Made by a program: the position numbers and the translations under genes | Notes under the pieces: generated by a model | The model's input: only the letters and a program-made list of their open reading frames with translations | Databases searched by the model: none | Told to the model about the DNA's origin: nothing | Shown here: positions 35,801 to 49,440 of the stretch, in pieces | Numbering within the stretch: the first letter of the stretch is position 1 | How the letters are laid out: each line of letters begins with the position of its first letter | DNA from: Nemertoderma westbladi | Lineage: Eukaryota; Animalia; Xenacoelomorpha | Direction: 5' to 3' | Assembly: GCA_032718475.1 (NCBI GenBank) | Contig: JAUCBJ010007204.1 | Location: 85,154 to 149,153 of the forward strand | DNA length: 64,000 nucleotides

Positions 35801-38800
35801 CCCAAAAGCTTGGATGGTCATCCAATACTCCACAGGTTTCTTATTGAGGTCTCCTTCAGGCCACCACAAAAATCGTAGGCTATCTCGATCCCTATCCAGC
35901 GCTTTGACTTGTAAGAACATGCCTTCTATATCTGAGGCGAAAGCAATGGAGTATTGTCTTAATCTTAGTAGTATTCCCAACAAGGATTGGAGTAAGTTGG
36001 GTCCGGGTAACAATTCAGAATGGGTCCGGGTAACAATTCAGAATTAAGAGATTGGCCCATATAAAGGGCGGAACCGTCAAACACCACTCGTACTTCATGG
36101 GGTTTACCGGGTTTGGGAACGTAATGGTGAGTTAAATAATACGTTCTCTCAGTTATGGGTGTTTCTTCCGGTACTAGCTCCGCATATCCCTTGCTAATAA
36201 ACTTCTTCAACTGTGTTTGATATATTTCTTTAGCTGAAGAATTTGCCGTAAGGCGTCGATGTAGTTGAGCAATTCTTTTCTCCGCCAAAGGTCTGTTGTT
36301 AATGAACTTTGGTTCTCGCTTTCGGAAAGGAAGTCCGATCTCATACCTACCTTGATCTTTAAGAAAACAAGTAGTTGTCGCTTGGATCTGCTTGGCTCTT
36401 TCTTCCTCCACCGATAGGGCCTTATCGTAGGAGTTGGGCTCTACGACCTCTTGAGTAAAGAATCTCACGGCGTGTTCATCCCGAGTCTTGGCATTATAAC
36501 GTTCAATGACGTCATTAAGCTCATCGTTATAGTCGTCTCGCTCAGATGGGAGAAGGAGTTGACATAAGTTCACTTGATTTTGCCAAGTCTCGCTTTCCTT
36601 AAGGAGATCGATGGCATTCTCCTCATCAAAAAGTTGATGTATATCGTCGTTGTCTGAGGAGTATGGAGTTCCCTCAGTTGGATCGTCGAACTCACTGTTC
36701 TCAACTTCCCATTCTCGCGCTTGATATACCTGATCTTTCGGTAATCTTTCCATGAGAGTTCTACGGGAAGGGCCAGTAAAGTACCAACCTACTCTAGTTC
36801 TTCCCGCATAAACTTGTAGAGGTTGCGGTTGAGCAGGTCGTTTCTCCAATGTCTCGAGCGCTTCATGCGCATTTTGACCGATGAGTATTTGCACTCCAGG
36901 ATAATCTGTCTGGAATCGAGGTATCTTAAGATGTTGGATGCTCTCATCCTCGTCCCAATTATAAAGGTCTGCTTGAGTATTAGCGAAGTTCTTTATAGCC
37001 ACCATTTTCACTGACCTTATGCTATGTTCTCCTAGTTCGTCCTGGGGGGTGGACAACGCACCTACATAATAATCCGCGGTTACTGTGGATTTCCAAACTT
37101 GCATAATTCCTGACATTTTTAGCTTAGTTCGGAACTTGGGTTGTCCAGCGAATATGTCTTCGGCTAGCTCTTTGTCGATGAATGTTCCTGTACTACCGGA
37201 GTCAAGGAGGGCGTTCACTACATAACTCCTTTTTGGTCCGTGGACCCTTACCTGTACCACAGGAAATTCTCTAATCCCTACATTGGAAGTTGGCGCTTTC
37301 CAAGATGGTTGTCGATCAGAAGTAGTTAGAGCGAGGTCAATGTCTGTATCTTTTTCATAAATGAGTGCTCGATACACTGTGGTATTTATCATGTAACAGG
37401 ATTCGTTTTCGTCGGAGAACTCGTCTGTATAGAATCCTTCCATCTCAGATTGATCAGTGTCGTTCACATCACTGAACTGGACATGTAGTTCGGAATCACT
37501 TACCTGACTCGGACTATTTCGCTCGAATTCAGTGTGCAACAAGATATGATGTTTCGCACCGCACTTGGCACATCTTGTGTCAGAGTAACAGGTTCGCCGT
37601 TGGTGTCCATGTCTGAGGCAATTATAACACAACCGCTTATCCCACATGACTTCACGTCTCTCAGTTAATGATTTCTTTAGAAATTCATCACACATATTCA
37701 AGCGATGGGTCCCATCACATAGCGCACATTTCGGTTTGATGTTACTCACCTTACTTTGCGTAACATTGTGCACACTTGCTTTTTCTTCGGGCTTTCTCAC
37801 CTGAATTCTCTTGGGAGACGTAGGAGGAGTTTTTCTTACCTGTTCTCTCTTGTCATTTGTTCGAGTCATAGTCACTATGAATATAATCAACTTACAATGA
37901 GTAAACTAATAACAACTATATATGGATAATATATGACCTATCTATACACGAATATATTTCGTACAGTTGTTCATCAAATTTAGCCTGGTTCGTAGCCCTC
38001 ATTTCCACATCGATGGCATCCAACACACGCTGGGCTCCTTCACTATTAGGGCTAAGCCCCTCTAACCTTCTCCTCAACTCTTCATCACCTAAAAAACGTT
38101 GATAGTCTGACAGATAGATGTCAATGGCATCCCTCTTATGCGGTTTCTCTGCCATCACTTCACTTTCCACTTGGGAAAAAGTAGCGTCTGTTGATTCTCC
38201 ATAGGTTGAGCGCTCCTCCAGCTGAGCTTTCCACTGAGCTGTTCCTTGAACCTGGCGACTCACCCGTTGAAACCAAGTCTTTACGGCAACTTGCAACGAC
38301 GTGTCTTGTCTTCTTTTAGAAGCCTCCTCAAAGGCAGATAAGATTAGTCTGATTCGCAGAATTCTTTCTCTAACTTGATAAAGCAGTTGTCCCTGCTCTT
38401 GAGGTCCTTGAGGTTGTTGAAACAGTTGTTTTTCTACTCTCTCCATAGAGCTGAAGAATCCCTGTGCGTATCCGGCTGCGGACCTCTTCCACACAGCTGG
38501 ATCGATGGTTTCCTTGGCTACTCCCATCCGGTGTATGTCTTCCCAGGCAGCTTCTGATAAAACAAACGGGAGTCCGGGTCCGGGGAAGTTCCATTGCGAC
38601 TCGACCATAGACTTCAGTTCTTCCCTTGTGTATCCCTCATAACTATCTTTAGTTGATCGCTTACTTCTCGCCCAATCGATCTGGTGTTCTTCCACCGCGA
38701 TCAATAACCTAGTGAGTACGGCTGCAGGAAGGATGAGAAGGGGATCCGAATAAACCGCATCCGTCGTCCTTGCTCCGCGCTCGGGTGTCAGCTCTACAGT

Positions 38801-39082
38801 ATCTTCACTACTGGAGCTGTCGGGCCGCTGAGAAATAAGTTCTTGGCTCGCGGGTTGTTGCTGTTCCGCTGCTTCTTGGTCCCGCTTGACCTGAGCTCGA
38901 GTGCCTATGATAGACCTACGACGTTGGACCAGCCTATGTTCTGTTATTACTACTGGAGGGATGACCTTCCTCACAGTGGGAGGTGAACTGAACTTAGGAC
39001 TAGATGGTTCTACACCTCTATCTGAGTCGCAGATAGTTACATCTAATAAACTGTCTGACAGGTTCTGCTTAGTATCAGACAT
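32810..39082 (-). pseudogene. Gag-Pol of copy C, disrupted
   Basis: Three ORF pieces (37916-39082, 35965-37890, 32810-36013). The gag core is replaced by ~100 bp of AT-rich filler near 37865-37970. A ~22-bp tandem duplication at ~35998-36042 shifts the frame. RT YMDD, RNase H and IN are intact in the last piece. Confidence 0.92.
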
Positions 39083-41170
39083 GTTTGTTTACACAGTTGA
39101 ATGTCCACTGCTATATTACAGTCTAAGCAAGTCTAGTAGTTCAGCACCAACTGCTAGCCTAATAATTAATCACCGATACTGCCACTCAGTGTAGCGTGAT
39201 ATATATATAATATTAGAATACCGGTATGCTTATGGTATATATAAGTATAATTATTAACTAGAATTAATTACAGAATACCGGTATGATTTCAGCTTAAGTT
39301 TATGAACATAAAGATAATAAGCCTATTGTAAATACCGGTATATCAATTATTTTAAATAACTGAATTTCTGAATTTTAAGGGTTACTTGGTTACTTTAACT
39401 TACTTTATTACCGTTATTTAAGCAGTGGTCCAACTGATATTGAGACCTAGTTGTTGTATGGCAGGCCTACTATTTATAAATCGTTTGAGTTGATTTATAA
39501 TATATATATACCCGTTTAATGGGTTTTGTCAATGTTTGAAATAAATGTTATTATTTCTGGGGGAGTCACTACACATAAGCTGTGCGCTCTCAGTGGAGTG
39601 CTACTTGTTAGACATTAAAACAAATAATTCTAATTTACCTAAGTTACTTAATACTACAAATTACGTACAATTCGGGTTGAGATTACAATCTCTAAATAAA
39701 CACAAAAATTTAATTACAAATACACAAATACAAATTTTTAGGGTAATTTTACAAGAAGTCTACTAACCAGCCTAACAAAGGGTTAGAATATCTGGTTATT
39801 ACAACGGACAGGTTACTACGGTATTTGAAAATAATAAGTAGTAGTAAATATACTGCGTTGTCCAGATAGGAAAATACCACCGTCTGACGACCTATAACCG
39901 TATCGCTATAGGTACTACGTTATGTATCACGGAGTGTCCCTACCTAGAAGTTAATTACCGCGGTCTACCAGAACCAACGTGCCTATTAACCACTTTACAA
40001 CACATATACACTGCCTACACACTAATTGCTTTCGGAAAGCACTGTACACTAAACCCTAAATTAGGTACAAGTACTTGTACAACAAATAATTAGTAGTTAA
40101 AAATACTTGAACAGCTAAAAGAACCACGGTATCTGCCGGAGTGACCAAAGCACAAAATCTCCAGTCTTTACCTACGCCGAGCAGCCCTGATGTAGTACCG
40201 GGGTTAGTTTAACTATAACGGTATGTATAACAAACACAATTACTGTAGGAATAAACTTGGGGATATGAATGTTGCGAATAATAGCATAAACTCTGAATAA
40301 TAAATATTACGCTACGCGTACAAACTACTCAAACAAAATGCAGACCAAATACTGACAGACTACTATCAAGCCTAAACAAACTACGGTATATGCAGACTCC
40401 GAAATGGTTAAGTAGTATGCGTTCTAACCCAGTAGTATGACTTATTCTTTAGATGGGGGTTTACCTTACAGCTATGGCTGCCCCTACTTCCTAACCGTTC
40501 TTTATCGGACAGATGCTTTACACACACCGAAATTTCCTCAAACCCAACAGCAGCCAGACAACTATCCAGCCTACAAATTATCTAAATAAAATTATACGCT
40601 ACCCGTACAGACTACACAAACAAAGTACAGACTAAACGATGGCAGACTACTATCAAGCCTAAATAAACCACAGGACATGCAGACTCCGAAATGGTTAAGT
40701 AGTATGCGTTCTAACCCAGTAGTACGACTTATTCTTTAGATGGGGGTTTACCTTACAGCTATGGCTGCCCCTACTTCCTAACCGTTCTTTATCGGACATA
40801 CACTCTACATGCACTGCAATCCGTTCAGACCTAATCAACAGTTAGCCAACAGTCAAGCCTACAAATTATCTGTACAATCTGAGCAGGCTTACACGCCTTC
40901 TGCTCAATACTGGCCTACAAATAAATAAAACTGACAGAAATAGGCCTAAGTAAAATCCCAATAAAAACCAGGCGTCCCCGATTAATTATTAAGACCTACC
41001 GGCATATAATAATCAAATCGAATAATACTGCTGTACCTGTACTGTTGTAGGTACCGGTCCGGATGATCAGGCAGTCAGGCCTACTGGTTACCGGTCGACC
41101 GGTACTTTCGACTAGATTGCTTACACTGCAATCCAGAAGCAATATCTGTTATTGTTTCTGGATTAGATCA

Positions 41171-41181
41171 ATATCTGTTAT
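41171..41181 (-). promoter_or_regulatory. Non-tRNA primer-binding site candidate of copy C (sense ATAACAGATAT)
   Basis: Directly follows the 5' LTR and is complementary to the sense ATATCTGTTAT at 41915-41925 in the same LTR. Confidence 0.7.
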
Positions 41182-42357
41182 TGTTTGCGCTTTTAAGACC
41201 TTTGACAGTTTAACCTGCCAAATTAGGATGTCTTTTAGATGATATATAGTCTTTAGCCTATGACGAGTATTTGATACATTACATTAGCCGAAGCCAGTCT
41301 ATGCGCAATCATTCACCCGTTGGATATACCCGGGAGACTGAGTTCGGAGCTTAATGATTGATGGTGTAAGCCTACTGTATTATTCGACTGATCGTAATAT
41401 ATAATCTCTGACTAATATTATTCACTTTCGGGAAATATTAACAGTTCCTTTAGGACGTGGCGCTCTAAATATATAAACAGAGTTATGGCTTAAACTAGAC
41501 ACAACGAAAAGGCTATAGATTTACGTATATGGCGCATTCTTTAGGAGATGCTTTGTTATCAGTTACGATCATACACAATGCTGCACAATACTGCACACTA
41601 ATCTGCCGACCTTCACTAAATTTGGTCACGTATAAAGAGAGCAACATACAATTTATGTTGGGCATATGAAATAGCATTAGATTCACTTCAAACCACTTAA
41701 CATAGGTCATAGGTCGCAATCGTTTATCTGTAACCGGTCTCTCTAACCTTTAGTATATCAAGAAGGTGGGATGTCTGACTATTGATCAGTATTCCGATAT
41801 AATATTTCATCAACCAATATAATGAATAACCGACAGTAAAAGCAGTAATATTAAGGTATAAATGATTATTAAGTGAATGAGTTAACTCGGTAACTCGCTT
41901 GTGCAAATCGTTTGATAACAGATATACGTTCTATAATTAAGCCTACTAATGTAAGACTAAAGACTGAAAACACGGAGGTGCCAAAAGCCGGTGTTCTTAG
42001 GCTCTGGGCAAAAACATAACACTGAACTACTGAGTTCTGTATCCACCTCCAACACAGAGTCAAAAAACGCTCTGATTGGTCAACCGAACAACGAGAGAAC
42101 AAAGAAACAAAGAAATGTCGACGTGGCAATATCAGCTGTTAGCCGTCGTCATGGTAGCGACACTGTTTTCAAGAGTATCTAGCTTATCGCGTCACGAGAT
42201 TGCGGATTATGTCCTCTAAAGTACAAATACAGAAGAAATGACTTTTATGTCCTCTAAAACACCAGCACAGCAAGGACACGGCCCTTCCATGCCTGGTAAA
42301 CCAACTACAGAGTACTTTAAGGGAAAATAACCGGTTAATGACGCAAAAGCTTTTACA
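41182..42357 (-). repeat. 5' LTR of copy C (1176 bp)
   Basis: TG...CA termini, flanked by TSD CAGCG. Confidence 0.95.
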
Positions 42358-43731
42358 CAGCGTTTGGTTTGTATTTTGTTTGAGAATTCTGTACGGGTAG
42401 CGTAATATTTATTATTCAGAGTTTATGCGATTATTCGCAACATTCATATCCCCAAGTTTATTCCTACAGTAATTGTGTTTGTTACACATACCATTATAGT
42501 TAAATTAACCCCGGTACTACACGGGCTGCTTGGCGTAGGAAAAGACTGGTGACTTTGTGCTTCGGTCACTCCAGCAGATGCCGTGGTTCTTTTAACTGTT
42601 CAAGTATATTTAACTACTGATTATTTGTTGTATCAGTACTTGTACCTAATTTAGGGTCTAGTGTACAGTGCTTTCCGAAGTAATGTGTAGGCAGTATATT
42701 TGTGTTGTAAAGTGGTTAATAGGCACGTTGGATCTGGTAGTCCTCGGTAATTAACTTCCAGGTAGGAACACTCCGTGATACATAACGTAGTACCTATAGC
42801 GATACGGCTATAGGTCGTCAGGCGGTGGTATTTTCCTATCTGGACAGTGCAATATATTTACTACTACTTATTATTTTCAAATACCGTAGTACCCTGTCCG
42901 TTGTAATAATCAGAATCCTAACCCTTTGTTAGGCTGGTTTGTAGACTTCCTGTGAAATTACCCTAAAAATTTCGTACGTAATCTTTTGTTGTGTTTAATT
43001 AGAGATTTAATCTCACCCGTATCGTAAGTAATTTGTAGTATTAAGTAACTTAGGTAAATTAGAATTATCTGTTTTAGTGTAGCAAGTTGTAGTGTTTAGT
43101 GGTAGCACTTCACTGAGAGCGTACAGCTTCTGTGTAGTGACTCCCCCAGACAGCCAGAAATAATAACATTTATTTCAAATGTTGACAAAACCCATTTTAA
43201 ACGGGTATATAAATATTATAAATCAACTCAAACGATTTATAAATAGTAGGCCTGCCATACAACAACTAGGTCTCAATATCAGTTGGACTACTGCTTAAAT
43301 AACGGTAATAAAGTAAGTTAAAGTAACCAAGTAACCCTAAAATATTCAGAAATTCAATTATTCTAAAATAATTGACATACCGGTATTTACCATAGGCTTA
43401 TTATATTTATTTCTATAAATTTGTGCTGAAATCATACCGGTATTCTGTAATTAATTCTAGTTCATAATTATACTTATATATACTATAAGTGTAAGCTGCA
43501 TACCGGTATTCACGATAGGCCTATTATATATATTTATATATATTTGTGCTAAAATTATATACCGGTACTCTGTGACAAACCTAGTTTACAATACTTATAT
43601 ATACTATAAGTGTATACCGGTATTCTAATATACTGTAATAAATTACCGGTACTAGGCCAACAGTGATACTGAATTGCTAGACTTGCTTTAGCTGTAATCA
43701 TAGCAGTAGGCATTCAACTGTACAAACAAAC

Positions 43732-46700
43732 ATGTCTGACACAACCCAATCACTGTCGGATAGTCTCTTAGAAAGTGTTAGAATGACTGTTAGACAGTGT
43801 CTTAAAAAGATCAGTGACCCAGATCCAAGTATAGAACATCCTAGATCCAAGTCTAAGTCACCTACTATTGTCAAAAAGGCCATCCCTACAGTAGTAGTGT
43901 CAGACCCTAGGCTAGTAGAACAACGTAGGTCTATCATCGGTACTCGGGCCCAAGTCAAGCGGGATCAAGAAGCAGCTGTCAAACAGCAGCAACATCCTAG
44001 CCTAGAACCTAGTTCTCAGCGGCCCGATAGCTCCAGTAGTTCGGATACTGCTGAGCGGACGCCCGAACGCGGAGCGAAGATGGCAGATACGGTTTATGAT
44101 GAGCGGCCAACCTATGAAAAATCAACCGACGCCACTTCTTCTCAAGTGGAAAGCGAGGTGGAAAGCGAAGTGGAAAGCGAATTAACAGCAGCAGAGAAGC
44201 CGCGAACTAGAGACGCGATTGACATCTATCTGTCAGACTATCAGCGATTCCTAGGAGACGAAGAGTTGAGGAGATGACTGTCTGGACTTCGCCCTAATAG
44301 TGAAGGAACCAAGCTTGTGTTGGACGCAATCGATGCGGAAATGTTAGCTGCAAACCAAGCTAAATTTGATGAAAAACTCCGCCTCGTTAGAGTCCAAGAA
44401 GAACAAGTAAAGAAAAAACGGATAGAGGACCGAAAGGCAGCGGCAATGGCAATGGCAGAAGTGGAAAGAAAGGCGGCAGCGGCAATGGCAATGGCGGCAA
44501 AGGCAGTGGCAGAAGCAGAACGGAGAGCGTCTGAGGAGACTACCCAACTGGAGTTGGAAAATCTGCAAGAGACGCAAGACTGCATAAATAAACAGTTAAC
44601 TGCTAGTCACATGCAGATGATGAGAAGATCTACTCCCAAACGCCAGGGATACACATCATCGGAGGAAAGCGAAACCACCGATCCTGAAGGCGGAGGAAAT
44701 AGATCTCGTCTAAGCAGGCGTAGAAAAACATCTCACCGTCACAAATTGCCTGATTTGCCCCCAGCGGTTAGAAGACAACTAGCTAGCACAGACTTAGGTA
44801 GTACAGAACACACAGAACAAATTATTCAGGTCAAAGGACTCCCTACAATAGTTGATGAGCCTGAAATAATTGGGCCTGTCGTTCCCAAAGCCACTCCTGT
44901 GCTAGAGACCCCTGTACTTCCAGAGCTTAACTCTAAATTCCCTTTACACAGTACTACACTGCCTGTACCCGGTAGAACAGTCCATGAGAATATCCCTGTC
45001 CTGGAAGCTGAGAGAGAAATCAAAGATTTGTCTCCCGTCGTCCCACGTCAGCCCGCTACAATGTTGGCGACTCCCGCTTCGGCGGTCGAGTGGGTAGAGG
45101 AGGGACGGCGGGGGATGAATCTCCTGCTCGGACAGATGCAGGAGACTGTCTACCAACTTAAGGGAACTGTAAGGGAAGGTAGGGCAGAATTGCAAGAAGT
45201 GCAGCAAAGTATAGCGCTGGAACGCGACAAATTAGTCAATATACAAAAGAGTATACCAATACCCCCTGTAACATTGTGTCAACCTGTTAGGTCTGAAGTA
45301 TTACATGCGCAAGGTGTGGAGCCTACACGCATCTATACTGCTAATGAAGTAGAAACTCCTATAGCAAACCCTATTAAGGGTGATTATAAACCTGTTGTTA
45401 ATGATATTCCCTATAGACCTGATAATAATCCGGGAAATTTATATACCGATAATTCGATATTAAATAACACTATGGCCCAAGAAAGCTTTACGCGTCAGAT
45501 GGCTAGAACAGAAGCCCGCCAAGCGGTTAAAGTGGGAGAGATCGTCAAATTCAACGGAGATGAGATGAAATGGTTACCTTTCAATGAATATTACAAAGAT
45601 AGTATACAGAACTCTGTACTATCTAACGGAGAGAAGCTTAGATTCCTCATCAAGTGTTTGGAAGGACCTCCCAAGTTAATGGCGTTAAAGTTTATTGGAC
45701 ATCCAGAAGGATTAAGACAAGTTTGGGATACATTAAACATCAGGTACGGTAACAAGGATAACATAGCTAAGTATTTGTATGCAAAATTAGTAGCCCCCCG
45801 AAACTTCCTTAGTAGCGGGATTATAGAGTTTTCCGATGAGATTCAGGAGATCTGTAGACAATTGGACTGGTTAGGTAAGTCTCATGAATATCAGAGTTCC
45901 ATGGTTATTGGAGCCGTAGTCTCTACTTTACCAAAGGGTGGAGTATGTACACGCTGGGACAAGAAAGTGTTGTATATGAATGAACAGCAACGACGAAGCC
46001 CTACCATGGCTGATCTCATGTCCTTCTTAGATGGTGAAGTAAAACTACAACTCATAAAGCAGTCCAGAGAGAAAACATCGGAAAATAAGGTAAGTGAGAA
46101 ACCCGTTTCTAGGAGAAGGATAATACCAGTGTGTTATACTGACGACGGCGAAAGCCAAGCTTCTCAAGAAGAGGACAGCGGGAAAGACACAGGAAAATCT
46201 TACTATGACAACAAGACCTATAAAGACGTAAGTAAATACAAGTCTCGAACCAGTGACAGGAGAGAACAGGTAACAACAACTCCTCCTACGTCTCCTAAGA
46301 GAATTCACGGAAGAAAGCCCGAAGAAAGAACGAGAGTGCATAACGTTACCCAAGGTAAGGTGAGTACCATCAAACCAAAATGTGCGCTGTGCGACGGGCC
46401 CCACCGTTTGAGTGCGTGTGCTGAATTTCTAAAGAAATCCCTTGTAGACAGACGTACAGTCCTGTGGAATAAGCGGTTATGCTATAATTGCCTCAGATCA
46501 GGACACCAACGGCGAACCTGTTACTCCGACGTAAAGTGTGCAAAGTGTGGCGCGAAACATCACATCTTGTTACACAGTGAGTTCGAACGAGACAACCCGA
46601 GTCAGGTAAGTGAGCCCGAACTACATGTCCAATTCAGTGATGTAAATGACACTGATCAAGAATCTGAGATGGAAGGATTCTATACGGACGAATTCTCCGA

Positions 46701-47814
46701 CGCCAACGAATCCTGTTACTTAATAAATACCGCAGTGTATCGAGCACTTACGCATGAAAAGGACACCGACAATGAGTTCCCCCCAACTACCTTTGACAGA
46801 CAACCATCTTGGAAAGCTCCAACTTCCAACGTAGGAATCAGAGAATTTCCTGTAGTGCAGGTAAGAGTTCACGGTCCTAACAAAAGTTACATAGTGAACG
46901 CCCTCCTTGACTCCGGCAGCACAGGAACATTCATCGATCAAGAACTAGCCGAAGATATCTTTGCTGGACAACCCAAATTCCGGACTAAATTGAACATGTC
47001 AGGAATTATGCAGGTTTGGAAATCTACCCTAACGGCAGATTACTATGTAGGTGTGTTGTCCACCCCCCAGGATAAATTAGGAGCACAAGGTATAAGGTCA
47101 GTAAAAATGGTGGCTATAAAGAACTTCGCTACTACTCAAGCAGACCTTTATAATTGGGACGAGGATGAGAGCATTCAACATCTTAAGATACCTCGATTCC
47201 AGACAGATTATCCTGGAGTGCAAATACTCATCGGCCAAAACGCGCATGAGGCGCTCGAGACATTGGAGAAACGGCCTGCTCAACCACAGCCACTACAAAC
47301 CTATGCGGTAAGAACTAGAGTAGGTTGGTACTTCACTGGCCCTTCCCGTAGAACTCTCAAAGAGAGATTACCTCAACAACAGGTATACCAAGTAAAGGAA
47401 TGGGAAATGGAGAGCAGTGAGGTGGACAAACTAGCTGAGGGAACACCATACTCCTCAGATAATGACGATATTAACTCCAATGTAGATCAATGGAGACATT
47501 GCCTTGGGACGATTAATCCAGCCGACATCGCTTCCAGAGGAGCAACTCCTCAAGAACTGATAGATACTCCAGACTGGTTAGGTGGATCCGACTTCTTAAG
47601 TAAAGAAGAAGAAGAATGGCCTCCTCATCTTACCACGGCGGAGGTTAGACAGGCCAAGGGAGCGGAGAAAGTAACACAACAACTCAATCGCCCAGCTGGT
47701 CGTTTATGTTTACTGGAAAGAGACCGAAAACTGTCCGGAAACTATGGAAGGCAAGATACTCTTCCTGCGACCACTTCCCTAATCCGACAAATATCTAGGG
47801 ACTCCATAACGTAA
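43732..47814 (+). pseudogene. Gag-protease of copy D with in-frame deletions of RT, RNase H and IN
   Basis: ATG 43732 (MSDT, as in copy C), internal stop at 44275-44277, FNGD..W..F gag core, zinc knuckles and LLDSGS. Junctions SDNDDI|NSNVDQWRHC (~47472) and GAEKV|TQQLNRP (~47673) skip most of pol. Confidence 0.9.
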
Positions 47815-49440
47815 TAACATATGGAGTGGGCGTGTGACTATATCATTTTATATTTGTTTTTATTTTATATTTATGTATATATTATTATGTAATTTTATTA
47901 TAATCGTTTCCTTTAATTTTATTTAGTAGAATGTTATTTTAGTGATTATTTAGTAGATTAGTGCAATATATTAGTGTTTATTACGTACGTAATTACTTAT
48001 AATATATTTAGTGCGACGGCGAGAAATAATTATTTTTTCTCTTTCCTTACTGTCCGTATCATATTATAAATACGTGACTACAGTAAGATGAAATGTCCGT
48101 ACTTATTAAAGTACAATAAAGCTCCTACTATACTTAAGTATTATTGGTAGGCAGAGTATTAGGAATGCAAAGTTCAGATCCTCGTGTCTCGGCTAAACCA
48201 AGCTCTGGGTAGACCTTGGAAACGACTTGCCTCTTCACACTGACATTGCTTCGTGCGATATTGCTCTCATACCATATATAATAATACATATAGTAGCGTG
48301 ATGTCCCTCTAACAGTAGCGTGAAACGCAAATAAATCTGTTAAACCTTTTGACCATCTGTAATTCTAGTCGATTAAGATATCGCGGCACCCACCGATATA
48401 CTTGAAAGACAAATTCTAGAATCAATGGTTAACGTCTCCAGACAAGTTCTGGAATAAATCGGTGCCCATCTTAAATATTAATTTAATATTTATTAAAATC
48501 TGTAAAATTCAGATCCTTTAAAATTTCTAGTCAATTAAGATATCGCAGCACTTACCGATACTCTTAAAAGACAATTTTATAGAATTAAGGATCCTCAGTC
48601 CCCAGACATGCTCTGGAATAAAAATTGTGTCAATTTTAACATCAAATAATAAAATTCACGGGAATAGATTTAAATTCATATTTTAAATGAATTTCATAAA
48701 TTGTAATTTTGTGCAATTTATAACATTCCCAAAATTCCATTAATTAATAGATCATGGGAGCGGAGATTCATCCTATTGAGTGTATTAGAGTGCGAGAATC
48801 TCCAACATATAGTCAATAGCCGATAAAATTAATAAAATCATGCATAAAGAGGATATTGACAATTAAAGAATTATTATTAAATAGCATTCCAGATCTGTAT
48901 GCATGAGAATTACCCTAATTCTACCGCTAGCTTTCCATAATGTCACCATAGCAACACCCACGCTAGAATTAGAAGCAAGTTAAGAGAACAATAGAAAGCT
49001 TGTCACATTGCATAGCATAGAGAATACATAGCACACTGTTAGTATCCAAGGATACACAGTAATAACGTGACATTCTGGAAGGCACTGACTAACGGACAAA
49101 TGGCCTGTATGTGTACAATTGGTGACAGTTGTGTGGAATTTGTGCGTTTGTAGGTGAATGTTACTGCTAAGGTGTGTTTACAGTAGCTAGTCGCAATTGT
49201 GAAAGTAGCCCAACTCTCCTATAGAAAGAACCTAAAGTGGATTCAAGCCTTTGGGAAGGACAGTGGAGTGACTTGTGCCGGTTATCGTTGTCGTGAGGTT
49301 GCTACATGTTGGCGTAAACATCGCGACGACGGTACATCGGCGCTGAGAATCCCACTGTCCGGGGCGAAGAGAGGTAGGCAGCGACGCCCGCTCGCCTAAA
49401 CATAAACTCATTACAATATTAATAAACTCAGATAGCAGAT

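Larger units (their letters stand above)
26505..42357 (-). mobile_element. BEL/Pao family 1 copy C (divergent subfamily), nested antisense in the 5' leader of copy D
   Basis: LTRs at 26505-27673 and 41182-42357; TSD CAGCG at 26500-26504 and 42358-42362; PPT next to 27674. Confidence 0.95.

Noticed and set aside
39190-39350. Frequent TACCGGTA palindromes in family 1 leaders
   Set aside because: Similar ACCGGT and TAGGCCTA words occur across unrelated parts of the window, so this may be a genome-wide bias. It cannot be tested here.
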